From NCBI GenBank assembly GCA_011109175.1, contig RDEW01000040.1, positions 372,001 to 436,000 on the forward strand: a stretch of DNA of 64,000 nucleotides, written 5' to 3'. Position numbers and translations under genes: made by a program. The stretch comes from Dicyema japonicum (lineage: Eukaryota; Animalia; Dicyemida). Below, in pieces: positions 1-13,391 of this stretch. A model generated the notes under the pieces. The model searched no databases. It was not told the origin of the DNA and saw only the letters and a program-made list of their open reading frames with translations. How positions within the stretch are numbered: position 1 is the stretch's first letter; every line of letters begins with the position of its first letter.

Positions 1-3000
1 GATCTTCTCTTTCTCACATGACCCTCTTCCGCCAAATTTGTGATCAAACGAATCAGAGGATAATCACAATCGAATAGATAGATAATACAAAATGTCATCT
101 TACTCGAAAGATAGCCAAATCTCTACGTAATTGATTATGCCCTGGGAAATCTCGTCGGAGGAACAAACCCACTACTTTGAATCAGACTGAGAGCTGTCTC
201 TTGTTTTTCGAGGTTGATCATCAGGGCGATCGAGGACAACGCATGAAATGGTCGGATCCGTTTTTTTGCGGTCTCATTTTTCGAATCGCACTTGACTGAT
301 TGAAAAAAAATGTCCAATCGTTATTAAAAGAACGACCACGTCAATCAAACAGTTATGCTTATAGACAATTCACTTCCGTCTTCCATGGGCAAAAACTGAA
401 AGCGAGATTTACGAACGTAAGTAAACGAGAAAATTATTTTCGAAGACATTTGAAAAACACTTTTAACCGAAGACAAGGTACTTCCGTCTATTTCAGACAC
501 CCTTGAACTAATCACACAATAACACTTACAAGCCAAAGAAGATCACCCCATATTTGTTCCCTGTTGCTGTTGTGATACAATCGGCTATTTTACCCTTCCA
601 GGGAGCAACAGTGCCGTCCCAGACGGTCTATGTCCAAGTCATATAAAAAATCATACTTCCATTGCTGATACGGGGAACATTTAACCAACTCTATGAAGTT
701 TTCACTGGCCATATTTTTCTAACTGAAATTTTCAACGACTGTTTTCATCCAAATTTCTATTTCAGAAAGCCTTGTCTGGTTACACTCAAAAGCCACGACC
801 CACGTGAGACCGATTAGCTTCTCCAATTGAGTCGTGAGAAGCAACGCAAAGTCGAGTATCTCGGCGGGCACTCCAGACAAATCTAGAGAAAATAGTAACC
901 AATGTAAGTCAAATTCCCAAGGTATTCTATAACCTAATCATCAGATCGCGAGAGTCAATAAACAAAAATTTAAAAATCAAATTATGTTAATTGACCTACT
1001 TTTGGATTAAATTGAGAATTAGTTCAGTTTTCTTTCTTAGATTTTGTAGGTCTGATTAACCAATGTGCCAAATTTAATCAAAAGAATAGGATTGTAATTA
1101 TTTAATAATAAAAAATATAGAGATATTTCATAAATCAATATAAAAAGGAAACAAGAGATCTATTTTGAGTATACATTTTAATCCACCTCAACTTTCTGAG
1201 CACTTAGTCTCTTGGTTAACTGTATAAATCAAAAATATGGGATAAAAAAGAAAACCGTATAACAAGTAAGATTTTCCTTATTCCATTAATCCAGAATTCT
1301 CTAAACTCAAATTAAAGAATATAGAAAGCTTAAAGTAAACAAATATCACTATTTCTGATAAAACTACATCTATAACAGACTGATTTCTTCATTTTTATGC
1401 AACATAAAATCCCACATGGGAAACAAATAATAGCCAGAAGGATTCCCAATGGAGTATATTCCTCAGTACGATATCCAGACTAAAGGTAACCTTATATTTA
1501 ACTTGACAGTCCGGACAGTTTCTAGTTATCACTCGAAGTGGTCTACTTTCCATTTTGAGTTTTTTTTAACTTTTATTTATAATAATAATTATTTTTTATT
1601 AAATTTTAAAATAATCATAAAAGTATAAAGATTTTATTAGAAACACAGAAACATTTTGGATAACCCGTGTGGTGCCAACGTTATCGTGGTTACATGTGGC
1701 TACTTGATTCAAGATTTCTGTTTGTTTCATATGTTCCTCCTCTCACCTTTTCTACTAGAGTGATGACACGAAAAAGGATTATTTACTCTCCCCACTCAAC
1801 TGGAGGGGTTTCCACAACTGCAATGAATGGACGTCTTTTACTTTTCATTCTGGTTCTGATGGACTTGTCTGACTTTGAAGGACTCTGTGACAATGAGAAC
1901 TAAATACATTAGATTTAACTGTTTACTTCTTTCTCGATGTATCTGGAATTAATAATGATAATAATCACGAACACGACCTCGACATCTTTGAAGATCCTAA
2001 TCCGAATGAATATCGGAGGGGGCCTGACTCAACGTCACTAGAATATCAATCGACTCCAACGAGCTCGTTTAGAATCAAGGGAGGGCTTGGATCAAATTCG
2101 TCGGGATCACTTAGTTTTCCATTGTCTAAACCCACCTGAGGCCCTGATGAGAAGATAGTCAAGACTTCTGTTACGGTTCTCATTCGATGCCTTCTATTTT
2201 TATCTGGGTGAAAAAGTTTATGAGGAAAAAGGTCGACTCGTTTCTGTTCATGACGGAAAGGCTTAAAAATCTTGAAGCTTACGCCGCCTTTTTCTTAATG
2301 AAAAATAAAGTTATGTTCCCAAAGTGGGCTTCTCACTACGGAGTTCCCCTTGTTTCCACGAGTCTGATTCTCTTAAATCTCTGGAGGGTCTTATCAGACA
2401 GAAGACTAAAGAAATTCTCAATATCAGATTTGGTAGCACTATCAGGTCCCAAAGAAAACTCCCGATAAGGTTTGGGGGAATTGTTTTGAGGTTTCTATTT
2501 GGCCATTCCATGCTACCTGTCGTCTCTTGCAAGTTGCCGTGCTTTGACCAACTCAATCTTATGTTCCTGCCTCGAATTGAATGTGACCATGCCTCAACAC
2601 GGATTTATAGCAGTGGACAGCAAGCGGGCTTGTTGTTCCAAAGAACTTTATCTCTCAAAACNACGGTTCTCATTCGATGCCTTCTATTTTTATCTGGGTG
2701 AAAAAGTTTATGAGGAAAAAGGTCGACTCGTTCCAGTTCATGACGGAAAGGCTTAAAAATCTTTAAGCACATACCGCCTTTTCCTTAATGAAAAATAAAA
2801 TTTTGTTTCCAAGATCATCTTCTCACTACGGAGTTCCCCTTGTCTCCATGAGTCTGATACTCTCATATGTATGGAAGATCTTATCAAACAGAAGACTATA
2901 CTCATCGTCTGAATGCAGCGGAGTTGCTCTTCGTCTAAGCTTTGACGCCTGCTTGGAATACCGATGACGATGTGGTGCGATGGTAGACAAGAAAGGACTA

Positions 3001-3149
3001 CATCTGCTGTCATGCAGACGGAACGTCTGGAGATTCCCTCTTCACGCCATGTTAAACTTGACAGTCATGAAGATTATCAAAGATGCTAAATTTACTTTCC
3101 TTCTGGTACCCAACAGTCTTGACAGAGAGTAATGGGAAGAGGTCAAATC

Positions 3150-5950
3150 CCATAGAGCCAAGGGAGGTGTCTTGCTTGGAATTCGACTCTCTCTAATGTA
3201 AATTTGCTCAAGTTATCGTTGCACGCGGGTTCCGTAGCAAACACTGCTGGCTGTTTACAAGAGACGAAAATCGAAAATGGACGCGATGAGACATGGAACA
3301 AATACCGACTGAATGCAAGCACTACGGCATGCGATTTGCCATACATGTGGATTACCTCAAAAAACTACATCGCTATGGAGAGTCAACGACCGAATATGTG
3401 TTCTACAAGTCAAACTAAATGATTTATTTCCGTCCAAGAGTCTATTAATTACTCTGAACTATCAAACACATACTCTAATAATGCTTCCTCGTCCCTTGTA
3501 TTTGTTGCGGAAGATATGAATGCAAAGGCTGGAATACGAATGGGACCCGAAGAATCCTCTATTGGAAGACACGGGCGCGGAAAGAGAAATGCATCTGGCG
3601 CCTCTCTGGTGAACTTCTGCGAGGAAAATAATCTATTCCTATGCAACAAGGCCTTCACGCACTTAGCTCGCCACAAGAAGATTTGTCACAGACAAAGGAA
3701 AAACTCTGTCTGGGAAACTGTGAATATATACAATCAAATCGACTACATTATCTGCCAAAAGTCTGATAAACACCTGCTAAATGATTCATGTTCCTACAAA
3801 GGGACAACAACTGACAGCGACCATAGGATCGTTATTGCAGAACTGTTAGTAAAAAATCACTTAACTGGGAAAAAATATATTGAAAACGCGAAGAAGGCGA
3901 GACAAAAGCCCAATGTATACTTTCAGGCAGAAAAATTGTGGTTAGAGCCAACCTGTAGGGCTAAATATCACGAACAAATCTAGACTCTCATGGAGAAAAC
4001 CGCATCGTAATCATCAGTACAAACTCTGTGGAATCAAACAAAGCAGGTAATCTCCAAGTCGGCCTATATATGCCTTGGAGTTCGAAACCATCACGCCTTA
4101 AAATTGGATCACCACCCGAACGTACCAGATATGGCAAAGCATTGCAGAGAGCTACGCCTAAACACGTCAGACGAGAGTATAAAAAAGAGTTTAAAATCCA
4201 ACAAAAAGAACTAAAATGGAAAATCAAAAAGATGAACAGACAACATTCACGGGAAATTATTACATCCCTATTAAAAGATGATGAATGCCTAGAAGACAAT
4301 TCAAGATGTTTGCGGCTGCTGCGGACAAAGAAAGGACAAAACGTCCTTCACATCGAAGACAAAGAAAGAAAATTCGTTTATAAAAAACCGAATTGATTGC
4401 ACGACACTTTGAAATATTGTTGAATGCAGAAAATGAGGACTTTCTCCTTTTCCAGGGAGAACCGAGGGCACTAAAGAATCCAATCACAGTGAAAGAAATG
4501 GAATCAGCTCTAAATAAATTGAAGAATAACAAGAGTGCTGGGCCAAACAACATAAGCCCTGAGCTTTTAAGATATGGGCTAAAAAAACTTACCGAAACAA
4601 TTGCAAAAACCCTAAATGACATCTTTGAAACCAATCTAGGAAATGGATTATTAATACCCATACAAAAACCGAACAAAGCAAAAGGACAAGTAGAAAATAT
4701 CCGTCCGATCATACTTCTAAACTCGATGCTTCAAGATGCTGGCAAACATTGCACTAAGCCAGATAAAGGGTGTGGCGGATACCCACCAGCAAGTCAAAGT
4801 CGGTTCCGAGAAGGGAGGTTTATGGTATACATTGTACGGAGCCATGAATGGCGCTGTGCAACGTACCAAAGATTCAAGAGCGCAACGATCGTGTTGGGAA
4901 TAGATCTCTCCTAGGATTTCGACTTAATAAACAGACAGAAACTGATGAATGTGCTTGAGCAAATATTGGATGAATCGTCGGTTAAGATAATCAGACTACT
5001 ACTTGCGAACACAAGACTATCTGTGAAGACAGAAGGAGCAACTTCCTGCAGTTTCAAAACATCGATTTGGTCACCCCAGGGTGATTCCCTCTTTCCTTTA
5101 CTATTCACCATATACCTTGAATCTGCACTCCGCGACCTCCGTAAATGCTATCTAGGAGATATAGAAGAGACATCTTATGCGGATGATGTGGATTTCGTAT
5201 CACGGGACGTGACCGCACTCCAACACCTACTAGAAAATGCACCTGCGGAGCTTGAAAAAATGTTTCTCAGCGTAAATGTAAACAAAACTGAAATTACTGA
5301 AATCAAAACAGAAGACGGTATTACTCATGAAATATGGAGATGTACTAATTAGCTCGGCTCTCTACTAAGGAGCAAAACACTGGCAAATGCGGCAATGGCT
5401 AAACTGAGGAAAGGATGGTTAAGAGCCAAAGGATTTAGAATTGACATCAGAAGGCTATACAACGCCTTTATGAAACCGATCCTACTGTACAACGCTGGGA
5501 CATGGTAAAGTTCCTTCAACAAACTATCAAAACTGGATTCGTTCCATAGAAGCCAACTAATAAGCTTACTCGGAATTGAGTGGCCACGTAGAATTTCAAC
5601 CACTGATATTTATAACAAATGTATGTGTTCGTCATCATCAAGAATGAGATAGATACCCGGTGGAGGCTATTTGGGCATGTAGTAAGAATTAACCCGGACG
5701 CACCCGCTAACAAAGAGATGGAAGATTACTTTGACAGTTGCGACAAACCCTTCCGTGGACGACCAAGATCGACACCTTCGACTCCCTTAAACAAAAATCT
5801 AAATCGTGTGAGAAAAGAATCTGAAGACGGGGGACGACCTGGACGAATAGAGATCATTAGCATTCGACAGTAGAAGATGGAAGATATTAACTATAAATAT
5901 TTTTTCTGTGAGTGTTGCACATGCGAGGCTATAAACATTATGGCTTTCGT
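3150..5950 (+). mobile_element. Decayed RTE-clade non-LTR retrotransposon (APE + RT), divergent subfamily
   Basis: Frameshifted pieces: GCLQETK, NAKAG..GRHGRGKRNASG..FC..NNL, NQIDY, DSDH (APE); KSAGPNNI, RPIILLNS, GIDLS, PQGDSLFPLLF, YADDVDF (RT); RWRLFGHVVR..GRPR C-terminus. 3' UTR resembles that of the other RTE copies. 5' boundary uncertain. Confidence 0.85.
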
Positions 5951-6478
5951 ACTGTTGAGGAATTTCTTTTCTGCTTTTTGCCTTTTCAATTCCTATGGAC
6001 GTTATTGTATCCACCCAATTCAGGAGATTCCTAATGCCTGGCCGGCATCGAGATCCCTTTCTTCCCTACTCCAGTGGAGGTTTTCCCACAATGGCAGATG
6101 CCTGAAAAGGACGTGATGTATGAAAAGCTGAATTGAAATACTAGGAAAATTCATTAAATTGTTTTTTATAAGGTACCGTTCTTGCTTCGTCCCAATCGCG
6201 TTTGAGACTTAGAATGTGGTCGGGTCTGTTACTAGAGGCGTTCTTCAAGAAATTATATACGTAATCTCTTCAAGGCCGTGAGATCCTCCGCGAAGTCTCG
6301 GAATTGCCATTTATCGTGAGACATACTTTTTCCTCCTTTTTTTCTAATAAATTAATTTTCTTATATTTTAGAATATTATTAAAAAAATAATTTATCGCAT
6401 TTTAATGAGTTTATTAGAGAGTCATTTTTTAGGTCATTCAAACAATCTTCACCGTTTCTGTGAATTTTAGCGTGCGTC

Positions 6479-9140
6479 ATGTGGTTCACCGTTTCTGGTG
6501 GCGTCGGATATAGTCCTAAACTATATCTAAAAAGAACCATTTGCTCTCTACCAACCAGAGGACTTCCCACTGGACGGCATTCTCTCACTGTTGGAACATT
6601 CTATCGATTGAGACTGTTGACCTCAGGAGACGTGGAACAAACCCAGGCCCAAAGAAGTTAACAATCCAAAGCTTAAACATAAACGGGATCAGAGGAAAGA
6701 TTGCCGAACTTTCCTTATTCTTGGAGAGGAACAGAGTGGACATCTGCCTTCTCCAGGAAACGAAATTTTCAAATAACATTCCTACTCCTCTCTTTAACGG
6801 ATACAACACAGTAAGATCCGACCGCCCATCTGGCCAAGGAGGGGGTCTACTGACTCTTGTGAGAAAAGGAATAAAATACCTCGAGAACCCTTTTCTTTAC
6901 AAGAGCTTAATGGAAGACTCGAACACGGAGATAATTGGAATCTCTGTTATAACTTCCATTGGAAAAATTGAAATTGCGAATGTTTATGTTCCTCCTCCTG
7001 GCTCCTGCAAGAAAAATTTCTCCTTTGACCTATCTACCTTGGACACCTGGAGAACTTGCTTTTATGTAGAGACCTGAATGCGAAGCACCCTTTTTGGTTC
7101 CGCTACCAATCCGCTGATAACAGAGGAAACCTGCTATTATCCCAAATGCAAAACTTAATAATCATCAACAACCCGAAAAAGAACACTAGGACACCATACA
7201 ACACGAANNNNNNNNNNNNNNNNNNNNNNNNNNNNNNNNNNNNNNNNNNNNNNNNNNNNNNNNNNNNNNNNNNNNNNNNNNGAGGGGGTCTACTGACTCT
7301 TGTGAGAAAAGGAATAAAATACCTCGAGAACCCTTTTCTTTACAAGAGCTTAATGGAAGACTCGAACACGGAGATAATTGGAATCTCTGTTATAACTTCC
7401 ATTGAAAAATTGAAATTGCGAATGTTTATGTTCCTCCTCCTGGCTCCTGCAAGAAAAATTTTTTCTTTGACTTATCTACCTTGGACAAACTGGAGAACTT
7501 GCTTTTATGTGGAGACATGAATGCAAAGCACCCTTTTTGGTTCCGTACCAATCCACTGATAACAGAGGAAACCTGCTATTATCCCAAATGCAAAACTCAA
7601 TAATCATCAACAACCCGAAAAAGAACACTAGGACACCATACAACACGAAGGACATGGTGACATCTCCGGACTTATCCGTCTGCTCACCTCGTCTTTCCAC
7701 GATCATTAATTGGACGGTCCGTTATGACCTCCGGAGCGACCACCATTCAATGTTAATGAAGCTGAACTGCGAGCCACGCTTTGTACCGAAGCCTATTCAT
7801 TTCTATGATTACAAAAATGCAAATTGGACTGGCTTTACAAATTTCGTTGATTCAAAACTGCAACATTTCCAATCTGAAAATTTCTCCTCCATAGACAAAG
7901 CTATATACTATTTCAACAAAATAATCATTGACGGAAGAAATATTTTTATCAGAAAAGCATATATAAAAAACGAAAAATTGAAATACGACTCAAAATCAAG
8001 GAAAATAATTATGGAAAGAAACAACCTTAAGAGAATGATACATCGTTCACGAGAGGTTATTAATCGAATCAGGTCACTAAACATTCTTATCACGAAAAGC
8101 ACAAACAACACCCAAAAAAAGAAACTCATGCGAATCTCTGCTGCCATGAATAATCAGACCTCAATTTCCAACATGTGGAAGATGTTGAGGCGTCTGAAGA
8201 ACCCAGAATACGAAGATAACAAAAAACAATGCCAGCTCAATCTGAATAAATATATGAAACATTGTATTCGAATCAGTCACATTCCTTATAAAAATGAAGA
8301 ACCCAGAATACGAAGATAACAAAGAACAATGCCAGCTCAATCTGAATAAATATATGAAACATTTTATTCGAATCAGTCACATTCCTTATAAAAAGATTAA
8401 CACACAAACGAAAATAAAGAGAAAGCCATTTAAATTTGCCCCGCTGATTTATTTTCTCCCTAAAGATGTATCCAAAGCAATATCAAATCAGAAAAAAACA
8501 AACTCATGTGGCCCAGACGGAATTCCTCTTATTCTGCTGAAACACTTGGGCCCAGCATCAATAAATGCATTAACAAACATCTACAACACATCGCTGAACA
8601 GAAATACCATACCGACTTTGTGGAAACTATCAAAAATTCGACCAATATTGAAGCCGGGAAGACCGAAGAACGATCCCGGTTCTTACAGACCAGTTTTCCT
8701 TATATGTGTTTTGTCGAGGATCCTGGAGAAACTGTTCCTAAAAGTTATTCGCCCTTTTCTCCCACAACCTACATTCCAACATGGCTTCAAGGAAGGATTA
8801 TCAACGACCTCCTTCCTAANNNNNNNNNNNNNNNNNNNNNNNNNNNNNNNNNNNNNNNNNNNNNNNNNNNNNNNNNNNNNNNNNNNNNNNNNNNNNNNNN
8901 NNNNNNNNNNNNNNNNNNNNNNNNNNNNNNNNNNNNNNNNNNNNNNNNNNNNNNNNNNNNNNNNNNNNNNNNNTTACTAGAAAAATATACAGATAAAAAA
9001 ATTGCCCCCAGAGCACTCAAGTCTATCATAGAAGCAACTGAGGCAATTTCAGAAGAGGAAAGGAAAAAGACCCCCGTCCGTATAGAAAATGCGTGGGATC
9101 ACGGTCGGAGCATCGAGAAAAAATGGCCCGATTATTGAGA
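6479..9140 (+). mobile_element. I/ingi-like LINE: N-terminal leader, 2A-like peptide, APE and RT (gapped, partly duplicated)
   Basis: LRLLTSGDVE/TNPGP, then SLNINGIRGK, LQETK, NVYVPP, DLNAKH, RSDH (APE); SCGPDGIP, WKLSKIRPILKPG, YRPV, QHGFKEG (RT). Two N gaps lie inside. Confidence 0.85.
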
Positions 9141-9769
9141 GATGCCGAGATCACCGGAATGTTAGTTATTGGTTAAGACGATGTTTCTTTGGCTTAAATA
9201 ATAATCTAATATTTGTTTTTAAGCAATAGCCAGTTAAATAAAAATTCATGCATGTTAGCCGGATGTTTTCCTGTTAGAATATCGCTGCTGTCTATTTCGG
9301 CTCAAGATGCAGCAAAAACCTCTGGGAATCTACGACCCACATCGCTTTCCTTCATACGCGCCATCGGATTGTTGGTAGCAAAAATGATAAAAATTCATGC
9401 ATGTTAGCCGGATGTTTTCCTGTTAGAATATCGCTGCTGTCTATTTCGGCTCAAGATGCAGCAAAAACCTCTGGGAATCTACGACCCACATCGCTTTCCT
9501 TCATACGCGCCATCGGATTGTTGGTAGCAAAAATGAGGAGGAACAGTTGAGAAGAAAGCTAATTTCCATGCAAACCATAAGGGGGAATACGTTCTCTACC
9601 ACGAGAGCTACTCAATAATTTATAAATGATTACTAAACAAGTTTTGTTAAACTCATTATATCCTTTGAATTGTTGAAATAAACTTGCATTCTTGTTATTA
9701 GACAGTTAAATATTATAAAATGAAATATCGCTTAATGAGGTATATTAGAATATCGTTAGGAATACAGAA

Positions 9770-10811
9770 TTATATATTGTCTTTAATAGACTCCGCAAAC
9801 ACGTGTGACACTGTGATAACCTAATAATATAATTATCATATTACCTTTATCTTCTCTGAAAACACATATGAATCATCTCCAACTGTATCTGTTAATATAA
9901 GCTGTGTAATCAAAGACTCCTCAATCTGCTGAATCGCAGTTCCCGACAAGATCCCATGAGTTACACACGCATACACATATCTAGCACCTGCTTTAACTAG
10001 TCTACTCTATTAACCATCCCTCACTTTTCGGATGCTCTAACAATAGTGACTGATGAGTCCACCACGTCGTCAATAATCAAGGCTACTTTGCGGTCCACAT
10101 TCCCAACCAAAATCACATCGGAAGAAGTATTCTGATTTAGTCTGGCCACGTGGGTTATCGCAAAGTTAATTTTAAGTTTATGTGCATAATCAGATACACT
10201 AAACTGTAAATTAAAAAATAACCGTTTTGAACCATTTAAATCAGGGGAAACCAAAACGAGGTCTTCAACACAGAAATTTTTCTTAATATATGTGAGGAAG
10301 CAGCAATCTGGGTACAAGTTATCGACAGTAATCTCAAAAAATCCCTTAGTTTTAAAATACTCAAATTGCCTCAATTTGCGGGAAATGCAAGTCCATGGTG
10401 ATAAGGTGGTCAGTTCCTGCAGCCATAAGGAGTTTAGCCATTAGTCGAGAGTCCAGAAACTAAAAATATGCACTTGCCTAACCTTTTGGTCGTTTCTGCC
10501 GTAACTGTACGGAAAATATGGCAAAACGACAGTTATTTTTTTGGCGGAGGAAACTCTACATGTGTAAATAATTTGAAATAATTCCATTATGGTGTCATTT
10601 AAGTTCCTTGTCCAGGACTGAATCACAAAAACGTGTTTATGACTGAGATCGCAGTCAAATTTAATGCTTCGATAAAATCAATTCAAAACCAAGTTTCTCC
10701 ATTTTTTGCCTTTGAGACTTCCACGTGGGCTACATCGGCGTCGAGTAGTTTGCTTATTTTGTTGGAAAAATCTGCGGAGGAAGATCCGCCTATAATTTTA
10801 ACTTGGTTCAT
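9770..10811 (-). CDS. PRPSAP: Phosphoribosyl pyrophosphate synthetase family protein, probably a non-catalytic PRPSAP-like subunit; 7 exons
   Basis: Splicing six introns (23,23,25 GC-AG,24,23,24 nt) gives one ORF: MNQVKIIGGSS..NGETC..LNDTIMEL..PYFPYS..TMDLHFPQIEGFFEITVDNLY..VSPD..LVGNVD..IIDDVVD..THGILSG. Family certain; PRPS versus PRPSAP orthology is inference. Confidence 0.9.
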
Positions 10812-11079
10812 TTATAATTCAAATATTTAATATTTATTCGAAAAGTTAACAAAAATAAAATTTAAAATTAACAAATTATTATTTTACTATCTTAAAAGGT
10901 TAATTCTAATTAAAATGTTCTTTATCCAATTTGTTTTTTCTTTGAGCAACTATGGGAGTAAACCCAATTGTCACAGTCCTTTTCCTCAATATATATTGAC
11001 CTCATTTCGCTCACACTCTTCTCTTGAATTTTTTCATTTTTTCATAATCAGACCGAGAGTAAATTTCCTTTATCCCTTC

Positions 11080-11750
11080 ATTAAGTTTATCATAACGCCG
11101 CGAAACGTCGACTTCGTTTATATATGATCAATCATACTCTCCAAAGCCTTCTTGATTACCAGCGATTGAACATACGCATACGTTTTTTCACTTATATATA
11201 AAGATCTGGCATACTTCCACGAATGTGAAGTCACTAGGCCATCCCAAGTAGAGTACAATCGGGACAATCTTGACCTCTGTGTGGTGTATCAACCTCTTTA
11301 AAAAGAAGGTCATACTTCCTCAGCTTTTTGCATTCACCCTGCTGTAGAATTTGAGAATATCGGGGGATAGACCTCCTCCTGCAAAATTCCCATTTCAATC
11401 TGAATATCACGAATATTTTTATTATTCAACATTAGTTTCACTCTCCAATGCAAAATCAGTAATCTAACAACTTTAATAATCAATTCGGGGATTCCGGATT
11501 TTTCAAAGACTTCTATTAAAAAGTTGTGGTCAACCGAGTCAAATGCTTTTTTACGTCAATCCATGCAGCATATAATCCACCTCCATCTACTTTATTAAGT
11601 GATTTATTGACTATTGCCTGTACTTTAGCACCCTGACATCTCTTCTTTGTTCCCATCTGGTTTTCAGAAGGAAGGCCAACCGCTTCCACACAATCCGCTA
11701 GCTTGGCATTGATACACTTTGTCATAAGTTTATAGAGTGACGACATGCAT
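11080..11750 (-). mobile_element. R4-like (RLE-type) non-LTR relic, internally deleted
   Basis: MSSLYKLMTKCINAKL..ENQMGTKKRCQGAK..WIDVKK joined to WDGLVTSHSWKYARSL; same family as 31400-33700. Confidence 0.8.
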
Positions 11751-11799
11751 GTATTAAGGCGTAAGTTCTTTGGCGACTGTGGCGCTTCGCAGTGGTGTT

Positions 11800-12030
11800 A
11801 ATATTTGTATCATCTTTGTCTTATTCATTGCACATCTGGTGGCGACCCTACGAGATACCAGGAATAATATCCCCAGACATATAACGGAAGTTATCTTTGC
11901 AGATGACTTAGATCTCACGGCAACAGACCACCAATTAAAAGGTATCATCGACAAATTGGTCAAAACATTTGAAAAATCATTCCTAAAAATTAACACCGAA
12001 GAAATAAAATATATGCTCTGAAGAAAATGA
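11800..12030 (+). mobile_element. RTE-like RT fragment
   Basis: LFIAHLVATLRD..EVIFADDLDL resembles LFTIYLESALRD..YADDVDF of the RTE copies. Confidence 0.55.
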
Positions 12031-12663
12031 TAATTTTAAAAGTGCTCTCAAAACACTTAAAGATTAAACTGGGAGCCTTGCCATATTTTATGAATAATTT
12101 ATCCGACCCACGATGAGATATGCAAATTCTTCGTGGACAATGCAGATTTCAAGTTCCTTCCTCATAAAAGCATCCGCAATTCAGGAGGTTGCAATAAAGT
12201 TAATTGGATCCTGGGGGGTAATAATAATAATTTCCTAAATGTAGCCTTTTTAGGTTGAGGTTGTAAGTGCAGAGTTAATTAGTATTTCATTTGAGGTAAA
12301 TATCATTTCCATGATTTTCAGGATTGTGTATAATAGGTTCCTCATAAACCAACTAGTAAAGTGATCTAATTAATTTTGTAAGGCAACAGCTATGTGAACA
12401 TACTGATCTCTTGATACGATGATTATATCGTAGAATATGTAAGAACAAGTATATCGTCGCTGTTAGGGGTGGGCATCGTTTAAGTGTAGCCAGTTTCAAC
12501 GGTTGTAGAGATATAAGTCTTTTTAATTGCATGGTCCGATGGAGGAGACCAAGAGCCCGATTCGTCTTTTAGGCGAAAGTGTCCAGAACGTAATTATGCT
12601 ATCTTTTTGCCTGTTACTCTGTCGCATCTATTTTCTCCCAACCTTTCGAAATTAGCATCATGA

Positions 12664-13190
12664 CTATGGAAAGTTTATTTTTGCAATAGAATGTGCAAAA
12701 TCGTTTTCGACATCGTGAAAACACAAAAATTCCATTAAGAAACTTGAATAATAATTCTTAAAGGCCTTGATTATTCCCATATCCAATGGTTGTAAACAGG
12801 GCGTTGTATTTTTCGGTAAAAATAAAAATTCGATATTTGAACATTCAAAAGTTTTATGGCATCCAGCATTGTCAAGCAATAATAATATTTTTCTGTTGTT
12901 TTTGCGAAACAATTCATTAGTGTAAGCCAACTCATAAAAGTCTTTCCAGTCATCCATTCATTTTTTGAAGACGAATACAATAACCAAAAATCTTGGACAT
13001 CGAAATTTTTTAGGCGCCGAGGTTGTTTATACTTTTTAATAATCAATAGGTCAAGTTTTTCTCCAATTAAACTGCAGCATAGAAAAACGTGAGTCTTTCT
13101 TTTCCTTGTTTATACCCAAAACACTGTTCGCCTTTTTGACAAATGCTTTGGAGAATTCTTTTTATATGGACCTAAATGTATTTAATTTCG
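12664..13190 (-). mobile_element. pogo/Tigger transposase fragment (catalytic core)
   Basis: GYKQGKERLT, SSSKNEWMT, ILLLLDNAGCH, FLPKNTTPCLQPLDMGIIKAFK across frameshifts. Confidence 0.85.
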
Positions 13191-13391
13191 ACAAATACAT
13201 AGTCAATGTCTAACAAATACATAGTAGGCCTAACAATCCAAGAAGTCAATGGATTATCGAACGCTTCAATCAGACAATCTCAAGATGTCAAACATGATGT
13301 CCGAAAATAAGTGTTTGACTAAAAACATAAAGGAAGCAGTTTATTTAATACAGATGTCCGATGAAAATAAGAAAAAAACACATATGAAGCG

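Noticed and set aside
1230-1560. Plus-strand segment with intron-like 29-nt and 24-nt GT-AG stretches
   Set aside because: No consistent spliced ORF or recognisable product.
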